IMG/VR virus record: IMGVR_UViG_3300045988_005640 | DNA length: 64,000 nt | DNA from: a virus | Taxonomy: Duplodnaviria; Heunggongvirae; Uroviricota; Caudoviricetes | Direction: 5' to 3' (one strand) | Shown here: positions 27,108 through 36,241 of the stretch, piece by piece | Layout: the number at the start of each line of letters is the position of its first letter | How positions within the stretch are numbered: the stretch's first letter is position 1 | Notes under the pieces: model-generated | What the model saw: only the letters and a program-made list of their open reading frames with translations | What the model was told of the DNA's origin: nothing | The model's database searches: none | Position numbers and translations under genes: made by a program

Positions 27108-27312
27108 CTTTCTTCTTCCGTTTGCGTGAAGTGTCAATCAATGAATCTATGTTTGTAGCCCTAACCTTTTCACGTTCATCATTAAGATAATCATCAAGAG
27201 CCTTTTCAATCTGTGAATCATCTTGACAGATAACTGTAAAGACTGTAAATCCGTCTGTATCGTCAATTATCTTACCATAACCGCTTCTGGGATGTAACTT
27301 TTTAAGAGCCAT
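27100..27312 (-). CDS. Hypothetical protein
   Basis: 70-aa ORF with Lys-rich C-terminus. Confidence 0.3.
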   Translation of the reverse strand: MALKKLHPRSGYGKIIDDTDGFTVFTVICQDDSQIEKALDDYLNDEREKVRATNIDSLIDTSRKRKKKDE

Positions 27313-27313
27313 A

Positions 27314-27697
27314 TTAGATACCTGTGCAGCTTCTGTTTTCTAAGAAATATTCAACACCGTACATAGATTTTTGCATCAAATCTTCTTTAAACTGGATACG
27401 ATGGTTGAGCATAGCCTGTACATCAATATCGTCATGGTGCTTCTCTTTAATATTTGCAGATTGCAGGAAATACTCTGCAAGAACGCGATACTGATAGTCA
27501 GTTACCTTATCAGTCATCTCTGTTAAAGACTCTTCAGAGATTGGTTTAAGTAGTTCACCATTAGATAGAGCAACACCTTTTACAATCTGGCAAGTGTCTT
27601 CTGGAACACCTGATAAGTCCACATTTGGAAGTTCTGTTGCATTGACTGGTAAATTCATTGCCATAACCATTGCAGCAGCTAATAAAATCTTTTTCAT
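27314..27697 (-). CDS. Secreted/periplasmic protein with signal peptide
   Basis: N-terminal MKKILLAAAMVMAMNLPVNA signal-peptide-like segment; GAGG RBS upstream. Confidence 0.45.
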   Translation of the reverse strand: MKKILLAAAMVMAMNLPVNATELPNVDLSGVPEDTCQIVKGVALSNGELLKPISEESLTEMTDKVTDYQYRVLAEYFLQSANIKEKHHDDIDVQAMLNHRIQFKEDLMQKSMYGVEYFLENRSCTGI

Positions 27698-27741
27698 AAT
27701 GACCTCAAAGTTATATTAAATTTTGTATTACGTTGAGTATA

Positions 27742-27770
27742 AAAATAAGCTATAACACCTGACTTGTCAA
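27742..27770 (-). promoter_or_regulatory. Candidate minus-strand promoter TTGACA-N17-TATTTT inside a hairpin loop
   Basis: Reverse complement of 27765-27770 is ttgaca; -10-like tatttt at 27742-27747 on minus strand; sits within 12-bp inverted repeat. Confidence 0.35.
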
Positions 27771-27789
27771 CAGATTTTATAGCTTATTT
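27743..27789. repeat. Perfect 12-bp inverted repeat aaataagctata / tatagcttattt with 23-nt loop
   Basis: Arms at 27743-27754 and 27778-27789. Confidence 0.8.
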
Positions 27790-27876
27790 GGCAGATTTTT
27801 TATAAGGCTACTGCCATCCTTCCATACCAGACCACACCATGCAAAACCAGACTTCACATCACCTTACCGTGCAATA

Positions 27877-27914
27877 CATCACTTAAAACCCTCTTAGAAG
27901 ACTCTTAAGTGATG
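27877..27914. repeat. 10-bp inverted repeat catcacttaa / ttaagtgatg with 18-nt loop
   Basis: Arms at 27877-27886 and 27905-27914; no flanking U-tract. Confidence 0.75.
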
Positions 27915-27916
27915 CT

Positions 27917-27956
27917 GGTGAGTACCCGTTGGTTTATGCTGCTCAGTATACTCACC
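27917..27956. repeat. 8-bp inverted repeat ggtgagta / tactcacc with 24-nt loop
   Basis: Arms at 27917-27924 and 27949-27956. Confidence 0.7.
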
Positions 27957-28156
27957 AAATTTTCTATGTCAACAACTTTCTAATAAAGTTTTATGAAGAT
28001 TTTGCTTAACAACCCGCCTCACATGCCTGTGCTCTTTCTTAATAAAGAGTGACCTCTTCTTGATAGAGCGCCTATTCTTGTAAGTGTTGCTAGGGTACTT
28101 ATCATGAACCGGACAACAACTACCCGTATTTGTAAACTTGATAATCTCTCTTTTCA

Positions 28157-29260
28157 CTATTCATAATCCCTAATAACTAGCCCGACAGGGAACTGTAAAG
28201 AACCCTTACGAGTCATCTTCTGGAACTGTACTGTTAAAGGCTTCCCGATAAACTCATCAGGATGCTCAGCAAGATACTGTTTCTTCTCATGAGTAGTCTT
28301 CCATGAGACATCTACAAAGACGTTAGGAAGAGTCTCTACAACGAACTTGCCATGACCACGTTTATCAGTCTTTACACCAGTCACTTTAAACTCTTCAGTG
28401 TGCATCTTCTTGTGCTTAATCAAGAAGTATGAACGGTGACAACACTCATAGAAGGAGTCTTCAGAGATTGAACGGTACATTGCGCCTTCAAACTTAGCTT
28501 CAACCCACTTATCATGAGCTTCATCAAACTCTTCCCAAGAGTTAACACGACGAGATTTAACAGGGACAACTTTACAGCCATCTCTAAAGTCATTCAATGG
28601 TGAAGTCTCAATAATATCTCTACGCTCAGGCCACGTCTTAGTACTATCACAGATATCGTACCAGTAAAACTTGAGTAGATGTCGGTCAGGATTGTCTTCA
28701 TTTTTAATCATAGAGACAATATCTTCTAAGTCCAACCCATGAGCATAAATCTCACCATCAAACTCATCAACATCTTTGTGGAGCCTTAGCATTGCCATAA
28801 TGTCAGGTATTAGCTCAGTAGGTATTTTATAAACAGTATTCTCACGAGAGTATGCTGTAAATACACTACCGATGCTCAAGTGTCTTGAAATTCTACAACG
28901 GACACCATCAAGTTTTGGTTGAGCATCAGCAGGGAACTTCAAATACTTTGCATGGCTAACCTTTGCAGCATCATGAGCAAGCTGTACACCCACCTTCTCA
29001 GTATTCTGTGCAGACTCTTTTGTGTAAGCATAACCTTTGCGGTCAACCTGCTTTTTATACTTTGCAGCAACTTCAAAGAGAGCTTGCTGTTCAGCGTTAC
29101 GCTCATTCTTTTTACCGATGTTTTTAGGTTCTGCTGTATACTCTTCAAACATCATCTTGCCATTTTCTTTGCCATACGTGGTAACAACTTTGTCACCTAC
29201 AGCGACACATGACCAGACATTAAAAGAACCATCTTTATTTTGTTTGTATAGAATTGTCAT
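28157..29260 (-). CDS. ATP-dependent DNA ligase
   Basis: 367 aa; nucleotidyltransferase motif I KLDGVR, motif III FDGEIY, motif IV EGAMYR, motif V FLIKHK. Confidence 0.6.
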   Translation of the reverse strand: MTILYKQNKDGSFNVWSCVAVGDKVVTTYGKENGKMMFEEYTAEPKNIGKKNERNAEQQALFEVAAKYKKQVDRKGYAYTKESAQNTEKVGVQLAHDAAKVSHAKYLKFPADAQPKLDGVRCRISRHLSIGSVFTAYSRENTVYKIPTELIPDIMAMLRLHKDVDEFDGEIYAHGLDLEDIVSMIKNEDNPDRHLLKFYWYDICDSTKTWPERRDIIETSPLNDFRDGCKVVPVKSRRVNSWEEFDEAHDKWVEAKFEGAMYRSISEDSFYECCHRSYFLIKHKKMHTEEFKVTGVKTDKRGHGKFVVETLPNVFVDVSWKTTHEKKQYLAEHPDEFIGKPLTVQFQKMTRKGSLQFPVGLVIRDYE

Positions 29261-29265
29261 TCAAA

Positions 29266-29823
29266 TTACCTTAGCATGTGTGATTTTACTGGAATAAAGA
29301 TACCAAATTGTGAGACTGCTAAACCAGATAGTGACATACACTGTTCAGGTAAGTACACAAAAACCCCTGTGTAGAAGTCTATAAAAGAACCATCATCTTG
29401 TTTGCAGGCTAGTTTTCCATAACCATAGTTGTACAACTTTAATGAACCATCATCATACTTTAAGTAGTTCTTGAACTGAACATTAAAAGCATATTCAGAG
29501 AACCTTGTGTACAGGTCATAAAGCAATCCAATACTGTCGTCGACTATTGCTACACCAAACTTTTTACAAATATCTACATAGTTTTTGTATAATTTATTAT
29601 GATTTTCAGGTGTTGCAAAGTTTGTATACCAATGTTCTAAGATAGATAACTTAATTGGCTGATTTTTAGAATATTCTAATACCTTTATGTCATACCAAGA
29701 TTTCCTAAGTCTGACATCATCTAGCCTTAAATTTTGAGACACTTCGCGGAAGTTTTTGATGATTATATTTCTGCGCCTATTGTCAATCATAATCAATCCT
29801 CTGAGTGATACCAAGTGTTGCAA
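29266..29823 (-). CDS. Hypothetical protein
   Basis: 185-aa ORF. Confidence 0.3.
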   Translation of the reverse strand: MQHLVSLRGLIMIDNRRRNIIIKNFREVSQNLRLDDVRLRKSWYDIKVLEYSKNQPIKLSILEHWYTNFATPENHNKLYKNYVDICKKFGVAIVDDSIGLLYDLYTRFSEYAFNVQFKNYLKYDDGSLKLYNYGYGKLACKQDDGSFIDFYTGVFVYLPEQCMSLSGLAVSQFGIFIPVKSHMLR

Positions 29824-29984
29824 GCATTACATGCGTAAAGCTCTAAGTCATTTTTATCTGGTTTATGAAAACAGTTCGCTCCGCAGTGACAACGAAATGG
29901 TTTTCCACCAACTGTCAGAATGAAGGATTGAACCTTTCCATCAGGAGTTCGTACAGCATTTTTATGCTTGTCTTCTTTATTCAT
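29793..29984 (-). CDS. Small zinc-ribbon protein
   Basis: 63 aa with CHCGANC...CNACN Cys pairs. Confidence 0.3.
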   Translation of the reverse strand: MNKEDKHKNAVRTPDGKVQSFILTVGGKPFRCHCGANCFHKPDKNDLELYACNACNTWYHSED

Positions 29985-30140
29985 TTGTGCTATTGCCTTT
30001 GTCAGATTTCATATAGGACATGTTACTACACCTTTTAATAAAATGTACAACGCATTTTGGTGTATCCTTTGCGTCTTTGATGTGCAATCTCTCGAAACTG
30101 TGTACTGTGAAGGTTGCATCTGTCATTGTTTGCTTAGGTT

Positions 30141-30347
30141 TCATTTTCTCTTACCACCAATCTCTACGTCAATAACTTGAACATCACCAGCAACATCAAA
30201 CTTATGAATGATGCTTTCCACAGTGTAAGTCAAACCCTCAATGCGAACCAATTCACCTTCTCGTGGGACGATTGGGTTACGTTGAGCTACAGTTGTAGTG
30301 GAGTGAACAACATCATAACAATAGATATAGTTTACTAGGACTTCCAT
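30141..30347 (-). CDS. Hypothetical protein
   Basis: ORF track gives 30141..30446; ATG at 30347 with GAGG RBS avoids overlap with lipoprotein gene, giving 68 aa. Confidence 0.3.
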   Translation of the reverse strand: MEVLVNYIYCYDVVHSTTTVAQRNPIVPREGELVRIEGLTYTVESIIHKFDVAGDVQVIDVEIGGKRK

Positions 30348-30357
30348 CGTGAAAACC

Positions 30358-30615
30358 TCACTCAATAACCGTAGTATGTGATTGTCCATTTTTGCCATAG
30401 CTGTAAGATGTTGTTGTTTGAGAGTTTGGACATCTGACAACAACAATATCTCTGCTTATAGCATCACCATGTAACTTGTATACTCTGCAATCTTGCATCT
30501 CTGGTGGGAGGCTATAAGAAGCATTTTTATCTTCATAAGAAGGGTTGCAGCCAGATAGAAAAATTACTCCAAGTGCAACCATTGCTTTCACACAACTCTC
30601 AACCTTATTGTTCAC
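30358..30615 (-). CDS. Lipoprotein (lipobox LSGC)
   Basis: N-terminal MNNKVESCVKAMVALGVIFLSGC with positively charged n-region, hydrophobic core and lipobox Cys; GTG start with GAGAGG RBS. Confidence 0.45.
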   Translation of the reverse strand: MNNKVESCVKAMVALGVIFLSGCNPSYEDKNASYSLPPEMQDCRVYKLHGDAISRDIVVVRCPNSQTTTSYSYGKNGQSHTTVIE

Positions 30616-30747
30616 GATAGTCTACCTCTCTGTATGTTTTTAAATAGTGAGTGATGAGTTCTGGTAATTCACTACGTTTAACGTTTGAACGAAGAAGTGT
30701 CCAGTCAAAACCTTTACCAACCCTTCCCCAGAGACTGTACATTTTCT

Positions 30748-30981
30748 TCATAGCAACTCCAGAATATCAATACGTTCACCTTTGAGTACTCCAGTACGGT
30801 CTTTTGCAATCTTACCTTCAACAATAAGAATGTGTGCAGACCTTAAAGTGTCACTGTTAAAGGTTTTTACGAACTTGCTAGGCATCACTACAATACACAT
30901 CTCCTGAATCAACTCTGGAGTATAGCAGTTGTCGTGAAGTTGCTGAATAACGTCTGCAAGTGTCATTTTTGATGTCTCCAA
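30748..30981 (-). CDS. Hypothetical protein
   Basis: 77-aa ORF. Confidence 0.3.
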   Translation of the reverse strand: METSKMTLADVIQQLHDNCYTPELIQEMCIVVMPSKFVKTFNSDTLRSAHILIVEGKIAKDRTGVLKGERIDILELL

Positions 30982-31172
30982 TACTCAATGTCAATAAGTT
31001 CTTGTGCAATGCTTTTCAGATTACCTTTCAAGAAAACCTTCTCAGAACCTGAAAGAGATGAGTTGTCAATTAACCTGTTCATTCTCTCAAACAACTTCTG
31101 CTTACGATTTTTGATAGTCTCCTTTGAAGCACCTTTCATCATCGCTGCATGGGTTCTTCCACGATGGCTCAT
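30963..31172 (-). CDS. Hypothetical basic protein
   Basis: 69-aa ORF rich in Lys/Arg. Confidence 0.3.
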   Translation of the reverse strand: MSHRGRTHAAMMKGASKETIKNRKQKLFERMNRLIDNSSLSGSEKVFLKGNLKSIAQELIDIEYWRHQK

Positions 31173-31233
31173 AAGCCCTCCTATATAAGATACAGTATAA
31201 GGTACTCTTCCATGAGCACCTTGTCAATACTAA

Positions 31234-33933
31234 TTAGTGAACCTCAAGCCAGCTTTTACCAACCTTACCAGTACCTGTAACAAGTGTTTCTTTCTTAAGA
31301 CCTAAGTTCTTAGAAGCTTGTCCATAATACCAGTCAGTAACCGCTTTCACCTCTGCCGTCATGCTTTCTGGACATTCCCAACTCGTCTCATCGTGATATG
31401 CGCAGAGTAAACGAGCACCAATAGCTGGTTTGCGACCATTCAACTTCATCAAGCCTTCGTCAATCATACGACGACAAGCAAGGTTAATCGCCTCATTTTG
31501 AATCTGAGCCTCTGAACCCATCAAAAGATAGTTCAATAATTTGTGTGGAGATTTACACCACAACCAAGCTCCAGCAACCTTTACAAAACCCCCTTTAGAG
31601 ATTGCAGCGGTCTTACCAAACACCTCTTCAAGTGCCTTTTTAGTTGCTTTGTAGTCAGCTTCCAAGTCATCTAACAGCTTCTTAATTTTAGGCAAACGTA
31701 TAAAGTAAGTTTGTTTAGTCAGTGCACCTTCCTGAGTAGTTGCAGCTTTAATCGTCTTAGCAAACTTCTCATCCCCTGCACCGAACAGCAGTGCATAGAT
31801 ACCATTCTTAGCTTTCTTACGACCCTTACTAATCTCATGGAGAAGATTCTCATCCTGAGTAGCTCGACAAGTCAAGATATCCTGCTCATCATTCAAGCTA
31901 AAGTAAATACTGTTCAGTGTATGTGCATCAGTCCCTGAATAGACAACGTACAGGTCATTCTCAGAGTCATAACGAAGGTACTTATCAATCTCTGGGTTTA
32001 GGTACTCATCAAAGTGTTTGCAGTAATAGCGTCCATCTTCTTGACGAATGAACTCAATTTCTTCTTTACCTTGCGTTACCGCTTTGGTGAAGTCTTTATC
32101 ACCCATAAAGTTACAAAGAAGAACTAGCTGGGCTGAGTTCATATCTACAGAGACAACGTTAGTACCTTCCTCACAAATCCACACTGCCCTCATTGGTTCC
32201 CCATAGACAGCAGCACCAGACGGTACGTTTACAATACCATATTGTGTCATACGTCCAGTTGAAGTACCAAACACCATTGCACCAGCACTAAGGCGACCAT
32301 CAGGACGAATCTGGTTCAACCAACCTTTTTCATCATCCTTTGAGTTCTCAATAGTTCTGCGTCGGTGCATCAAAGTATAGTACTTAGCAATCTTCTGTCC
32401 AAGTTCACCTTCAATCGTATCATAAGATGATTCAGTAAGTTTTGGTGAAGTACGGATTAAGCAAGGCTCAAGTAAATCTGTGTATTTCTTCACAGACCAG
32501 TTATGCTCAATGTACTGGACACCTTCATGCTCAACATAGCTCAAACCACACCGCTCAACCATTTCCTGCCACTTAGGATGTTTTGTAATCATCTTTTTAT
32601 TGTCTTTGAAACGACAAACTTTGACAGGGCGACCGTCTGAGTCTTTCTTGTAGTTCCAGTCATCTGGAATCCAACCAACTGATTTCAAGTAGTCTTTAAC
32701 AACTGCTACCTGAGTCATACGAGAAACTTCAAACTCAATTGGTGTATATGGTGCATCAATCAAACCTGTGTAGCGACTTGACTCAAGTTCAAAGTGGTTA
32801 ACAACGTGGCTGTTATAGTACTTCACAGTTTTGACTGTTTTTACTGGCTTCCAGTCTTTGCACTTCTTACCAATCTTTGCATTCAACTCATTGCAAATTG
32901 CACGAGCATCCCTCATTGCTACAAAACCTTCCTTGTACTCTTCACCAGTTACAGAATTGGTTGGTGTATAGCAATTCCTTTTTTCAATGTTAAAAATCTT
33001 TGTAGTTGGCTTACCAAATGGCTTGATTTCGTATGTCTGCATCTCACCGTTACGCACCTGTTGACGGTACTTCGTCTTAGGGTACTTGGTAATTCTCTTC
33101 AACCCATCTGCATGACCAAATGTTTCAACATACTCATTCCAAGCCTTTGCAAACTCTTCACCAGTTACTTTACCTTTGGTCTTAATAGTTGGAGGTAGAT
33201 GTGGTTCAACCTCTGAAGCAAGCTCATTAGTCAACTTGTCAAGTTCCTTTACATGGAACTCCATAAGTTCTTTATCAGCTTTCCAACCATTGATAGCTTG
33301 CTGGCTCATCCAGAAAGATGTTTCTTTAGCTCGCATGTAGGTTTCATAAGTATCTATGCCACACTTCTTAAGCTTGAGATACTCATTATCAAGTGCCCGT
33401 TTAGTTTTGGCGTTAATACGGATATCTTCTACAACACGAGTGAAGATTTCTGCATTCCACACACCCCAATGTTCAATCTCTGGTTTACGAACACCAACAC
33501 GAGCACCCCATGCAGCCAAACCATGAGCACCTTTATAACCCTTTGGAGTTGGTCTATCCATCCACTGAACACGAGACTGGATAAGAGAATCCTGAAAGAA
33601 ATTACTCCACGGTTTACACTTTGGGTTATCAAAGTTCCATAAATCAGGTGCAATGTGATTGAAAACCCACCAGTCATAACCGAGACCGTTATGGATGCAA
33701 AGACGTTTTGCCTTTAACGCAAACTCAATACCTTCACGTAAGCCACCCTTAATATACTTGGTATACTTGTGACCGAGGATAGGCTCATCTGTAAAGACCC
33801 ATACAGGTGGCTCTTCATCGTCAGATTTATAGTCTGCGAAAGCCATTACGTGCACTTTAGTGAACTCAAGGAGTAAACCATCAGTTTCTGTATCACCAAC
33901 TAAATGTAAGTTTTTAAAATCTACGTTTTCCAT
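31234..33933 (-). CDS. DNA polymerase, family A, with 3-prime to 5-prime exonuclease domain
   Basis: 899 aa; N-terminal exo I motif VGDTETDGL; polymerase motif B-like KNGIYALLFGAG and motif C YHDE; GAGGGAG RBS. Confidence 0.8.
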   Translation of the reverse strand: MENVDFKNLHLVGDTETDGLLLEFTKVHVMAFADYKSDDEEPPVWVFTDEPILGHKYTKYIKGGLREGIEFALKAKRLCIHNGLGYDWWVFNHIAPDLWNFDNPKCKPWSNFFQDSLIQSRVQWMDRPTPKGYKGAHGLAAWGARVGVRKPEIEHWGVWNAEIFTRVVEDIRINAKTKRALDNEYLKLKKCGIDTYETYMRAKETSFWMSQQAINGWKADKELMEFHVKELDKLTNELASEVEPHLPPTIKTKGKVTGEEFAKAWNEYVETFGHADGLKRITKYPKTKYRQQVRNGEMQTYEIKPFGKPTTKIFNIEKRNCYTPTNSVTGEEYKEGFVAMRDARAICNELNAKIGKKCKDWKPVKTVKTVKYYNSHVVNHFELESSRYTGLIDAPYTPIEFEVSRMTQVAVVKDYLKSVGWIPDDWNYKKDSDGRPVKVCRFKDNKKMITKHPKWQEMVERCGLSYVEHEGVQYIEHNWSVKKYTDLLEPCLIRTSPKLTESSYDTIEGELGQKIAKYYTLMHRRRTIENSKDDEKGWLNQIRPDGRLSAGAMVFGTSTGRMTQYGIVNVPSGAAVYGEPMRAVWICEEGTNVVSVDMNSAQLVLLCNFMGDKDFTKAVTQGKEEIEFIRQEDGRYYCKHFDEYLNPEIDKYLRYDSENDLYVVYSGTDAHTLNSIYFSLNDEQDILTCRATQDENLLHEISKGRKKAKNGIYALLFGAGDEKFAKTIKAATTQEGALTKQTYFIRLPKIKKLLDDLEADYKATKKALEEVFGKTAAISKGGFVKVAGAWLWCKSPHKLLNYLLMGSEAQIQNEAINLACRRMIDEGLMKLNGRKPAIGARLLCAYHDETSWECPESMTAEVKAVTDWYYGQASKNLGLKKETLVTGTGKVGKSWLEVH

Positions 33934-33994
33934 TTTTACTCCCTCTAAAAATCATTAACCTCATACATTACTGCAAAAAATTATAAAAAGCAAG

Positions 33995-34024
33995 TTGACA
34001 ATGCACTTGACAAGGTGTTAATCT
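33995..34024 (+). promoter_or_regulatory. Candidate sigma70-like promoter TTGACA-N18-TAATCT in divergent control region
   Basis: -35 ttgaca at 33995-34000; weak -10; region between divergently transcribed polymerase gene and plus-strand gene block. Confidence 0.35.
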
Positions 34025-34191
34025 TTGCGAAGTGGGTTTTTACTTAAAAGGTTACTTAACAGTTTAACTATACAGATACTTTAAAACTCTTAAAAGATTA
34101 TTTAATAGCTTTTAAAAAGCTTTAAAGTATAACGTATAGAATACGTTAAGATAAAAGATTAAAACTTAATAGTTACTTAAAAGAGGCTTAC

Positions 34192-34614
34192 ATGCAGAAA
34201 ATGTTTGTTCACCCAGACATAGCTGACTTTGTTAGAGCTTTGCAGAAGTTGGAAGAACTTGACATTGCTGCTCAACGGGAATATGCTCACCATCACAGGA
34301 GAATGGTTGATATACAACATGAAATAGAGTTGTCTGAAAACTATGAAGATGACTTAAAATGCTCTGTATTTGAGCATATGAAAGATGTTGCTACAGCGAG
34401 GCGTAAAGCTAAAGACACAGTTGCTTTACTAGATTCTCTTAAAAAGAGGTTGCAAAGTGGCACAGACCTGTGTAATCTAGCGTCACTAATTAACGATGTT
34501 GAAACTTCTTGGGATAGACACTATTATCCACGTTCTGAAAAGACACTTGACTTTTCTTCATCAGAAAACTTAAAATGTTCTAGAAAGAAACTTAACCAAC
34601 TGAGAGAGAAATAA
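34192..34614 (+). CDS. Hypothetical protein (first gene of rightward block)
   Basis: 140-aa ORF, charged/coiled-coil-like. Confidence 0.35.
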   Translation: MQKMFVHPDIADFVRALQKLEELDIAAQREYAHHHRRMVDIQHEIELSENYEDDLKCSVFEHMKDVATARRKAKDTVALLDSLKKRLQSGTDLCNLASLINDVETSWDRHYYPRSEKTLDFSSSENLKCSRKKLNQLREK

Positions 34615-34615
34615 T

Positions 34616-35428
34616 ATGAATATCGATGTAGAAAAGATGCTTGAAGAAAAAGGTATTGACGAAGCGTTCTTAATCAATGCCGTAGAAAGCATGGCTATGA
34701 TTCTTCGTGGTAACAACTACACAGAACAGTTTATGCCTGCAAGCTATAACTTGCCTGAAGACAAGTCTGATAACGGTGCTTTTGCAGAACAGGTTAATTT
34801 GATGTTGACAGACACTACACTTGCTCTAGCATCTATTGCGGTTGGTGTTGATGCACTTGCTGAGTTCATTTTTTATGAAATGCAAAAGAATGATTATATC
34901 AGGATGTCAGACGAAGATAAGGAACTGTTGCTGACTAAGGACACTGATTTCATTATTGATACACTTATCTCATCAACAAGTGCTGTTATGGCTGTTCTTG
35001 AGAAGCGCATGGAAGAGAAACTTTCACGATATGAAAAACTTGATTGGGGCGTAGAAGAATTAAACCCACGAATCAAAGAGATTATACAGCAAACTAAAGA
35101 GTCTTTGGAAGAAGCTGTTGAAAATGACTCTGTAGCTGATATAGAACCACTTCAGGTGAAAGTTGCACTGATGATTCCAGCTATCTCCACGATGATGAAT
35201 ATCGTTGCACTAATCCAGCTTTCACAGATGATGGGCACAAGCATTGAGTTCATTGAGAGTATGACTGGTGGTGTGAGTATGCAAGCAATCAATGATGTTC
35301 TGGTGAGCATTGGTGCTTCAATCATTGAAGAGAAGCTGCGCATTAACTTTGGTGATGATTTTGTGAAGCAAATCTCAGCTATGGCTGAAAAAGAGTATTC
35401 ACAGACTAATACTGACCAACTGCACTAA
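34616..35428 (+). CDS. Hypothetical protein
   Basis: 270-aa ORF. Confidence 0.35.
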   Translation: MNIDVEKMLEEKGIDEAFLINAVESMAMILRGNNYTEQFMPASYNLPEDKSDNGAFAEQVNLMLTDTTLALASIAVGVDALAEFIFYEMQKNDYIRMSDEDKELLLTKDTDFIIDTLISSTSAVMAVLEKRMEEKLSRYEKLDWGVEELNPRIKEIIQQTKESLEEAVENDSVADIEPLQVKVALMIPAISTMMNIVALIQLSQMMGTSIEFIESMTGGVSMQAINDVLVSIGASIIEEKLRINFGDDFVKQISAMAEKEYSQTNTDQLH

Positions 35429-35445
35429 GTCTTTATAAATCTTAC

Positions 35446-35470
35446 AAGCCTCCTTAGTTGGGGGCTTTTT
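35446..35470 (+). terminator. Intrinsic terminator
   Basis: Stem aagcctcc/gggggctt (one G-U) with loop ttagtt, then ttttt. Confidence 0.55.
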
Positions 35471-35489
35471 AGTAATTAATGGAGATAAA

Positions 35490-36233
35490 ATGAGTAATAT
35501 TATAGCATTTACTGGAAAGGCGCGTTCTGGAAAAGACACCTCATGCTCTATTGTGAAGAACATCTTAGAGGATGAGTATGGCTACAATGTTGTTGTAATG
35601 GCCTTTGCAGACAACCTTAAACTATCTGCATCAAAGATATTTGACTTGACTTGGAATGACCTGTACGGTGAAACTAAAGAGACTCCACAGGTTTTTGACT
35701 TATCATATCCTGAACTGATGTTTAAAGTTACGGAAGCTATGGAGTTCACCTTCAGAGATGAACGTTACCATATGGACTTCAAGCTTATGTCAGAGTTAAC
35801 CGGACGATTAATCATGGAGCTTAAGAAGGTTGCTAAACCGACTCTATTGACACGTCTGGGGTTTAGTAAAAAGTATAAATTCTCATCAAGACAAATTCAA
35901 CAGATTTGGGGTACTGAAGTTGTCCGTAAAGTAATGGGCGACAAGTTCTGGTCTAAAGACCTTGAAAAAAGAATGGTTAGATTCCATGAAATGTGCTCAC
36001 TTAGAAACCAATATGGCTTTGTCTTAATCAGTGATTTAAGATTTGACTCTGAAGCTGAATGGCTGAGTAGATTTGCACACCAAACTATTGAAGTAAAAAG
36101 AGACAATGTGGACAAAGTTTCATCACATGTTTCAGAAAATGGGATTTCTACAAAATATGAGCGTGACATTATTCATAATAATGGTACTCTTGCAGACCTT
36201 GAGAACAAGCTAAGAGCCATCATTAAAGTTTAA
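35490..36233 (+). CDS. Deoxynucleoside monophosphate kinase (T4 gp1-like)
   Basis: N-terminal P-loop IIAFTGKARSGKDT closely resembling the T4 dNMP kinase N-terminus (recalled, not searched); 247 aa. Confidence 0.6.
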   Translation: MSNIIAFTGKARSGKDTSCSIVKNILEDEYGYNVVVMAFADNLKLSASKIFDLTWNDLYGETKETPQVFDLSYPELMFKVTEAMEFTFRDERYHMDFKLMSELTGRLIMELKKVAKPTLLTRLGFSKKYKFSSRQIQQIWGTEVVRKVMGDKFWSKDLEKRMVRFHEMCSLRNQYGFVLISDLRFDSEAEWLSRFAHQTIEVKRDNVDKVSSHVSENGISTKYERDIIHNNGTLADLENKLRAIIKV

Positions 36234-36241
36234 AAGAGAGA

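Noticed and set aside
27877-27956. Inverted repeats as rho-independent terminators
   Set aside because: Neither hairpin is followed by a U-tract on either strand and loops are long (18-24 nt); more consistent with protein-binding sites or RNA structure than intrinsic terminators.
27969-28157. 62-aa highly basic ORF (GTG start) downstream of the ligase gene on the minus strand
   Set aside because: Only a GTG start, no internal Met, no clear RBS; region also rich in inverted repeats; kept as doubtful and not listed as a feature.
24214-33933. Lysogeny module (integrase, CI-like repressor, excisionase) in the leftward early region
   Set aside because: No tyrosine or serine recombinase signature, no attP-like tRNA-adjacent repeat, and the single HTH protein is embedded in a lytic-type operon; window appears to derive from a virulent phage.
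34007-34035. Second TTGACA hexamer as an independent promoter
   Set aside because: No acceptable -10 hexamer at 16-18 bp spacing downstream; more likely part of a repeated regulator-binding motif or the spacer of the 33995 element.
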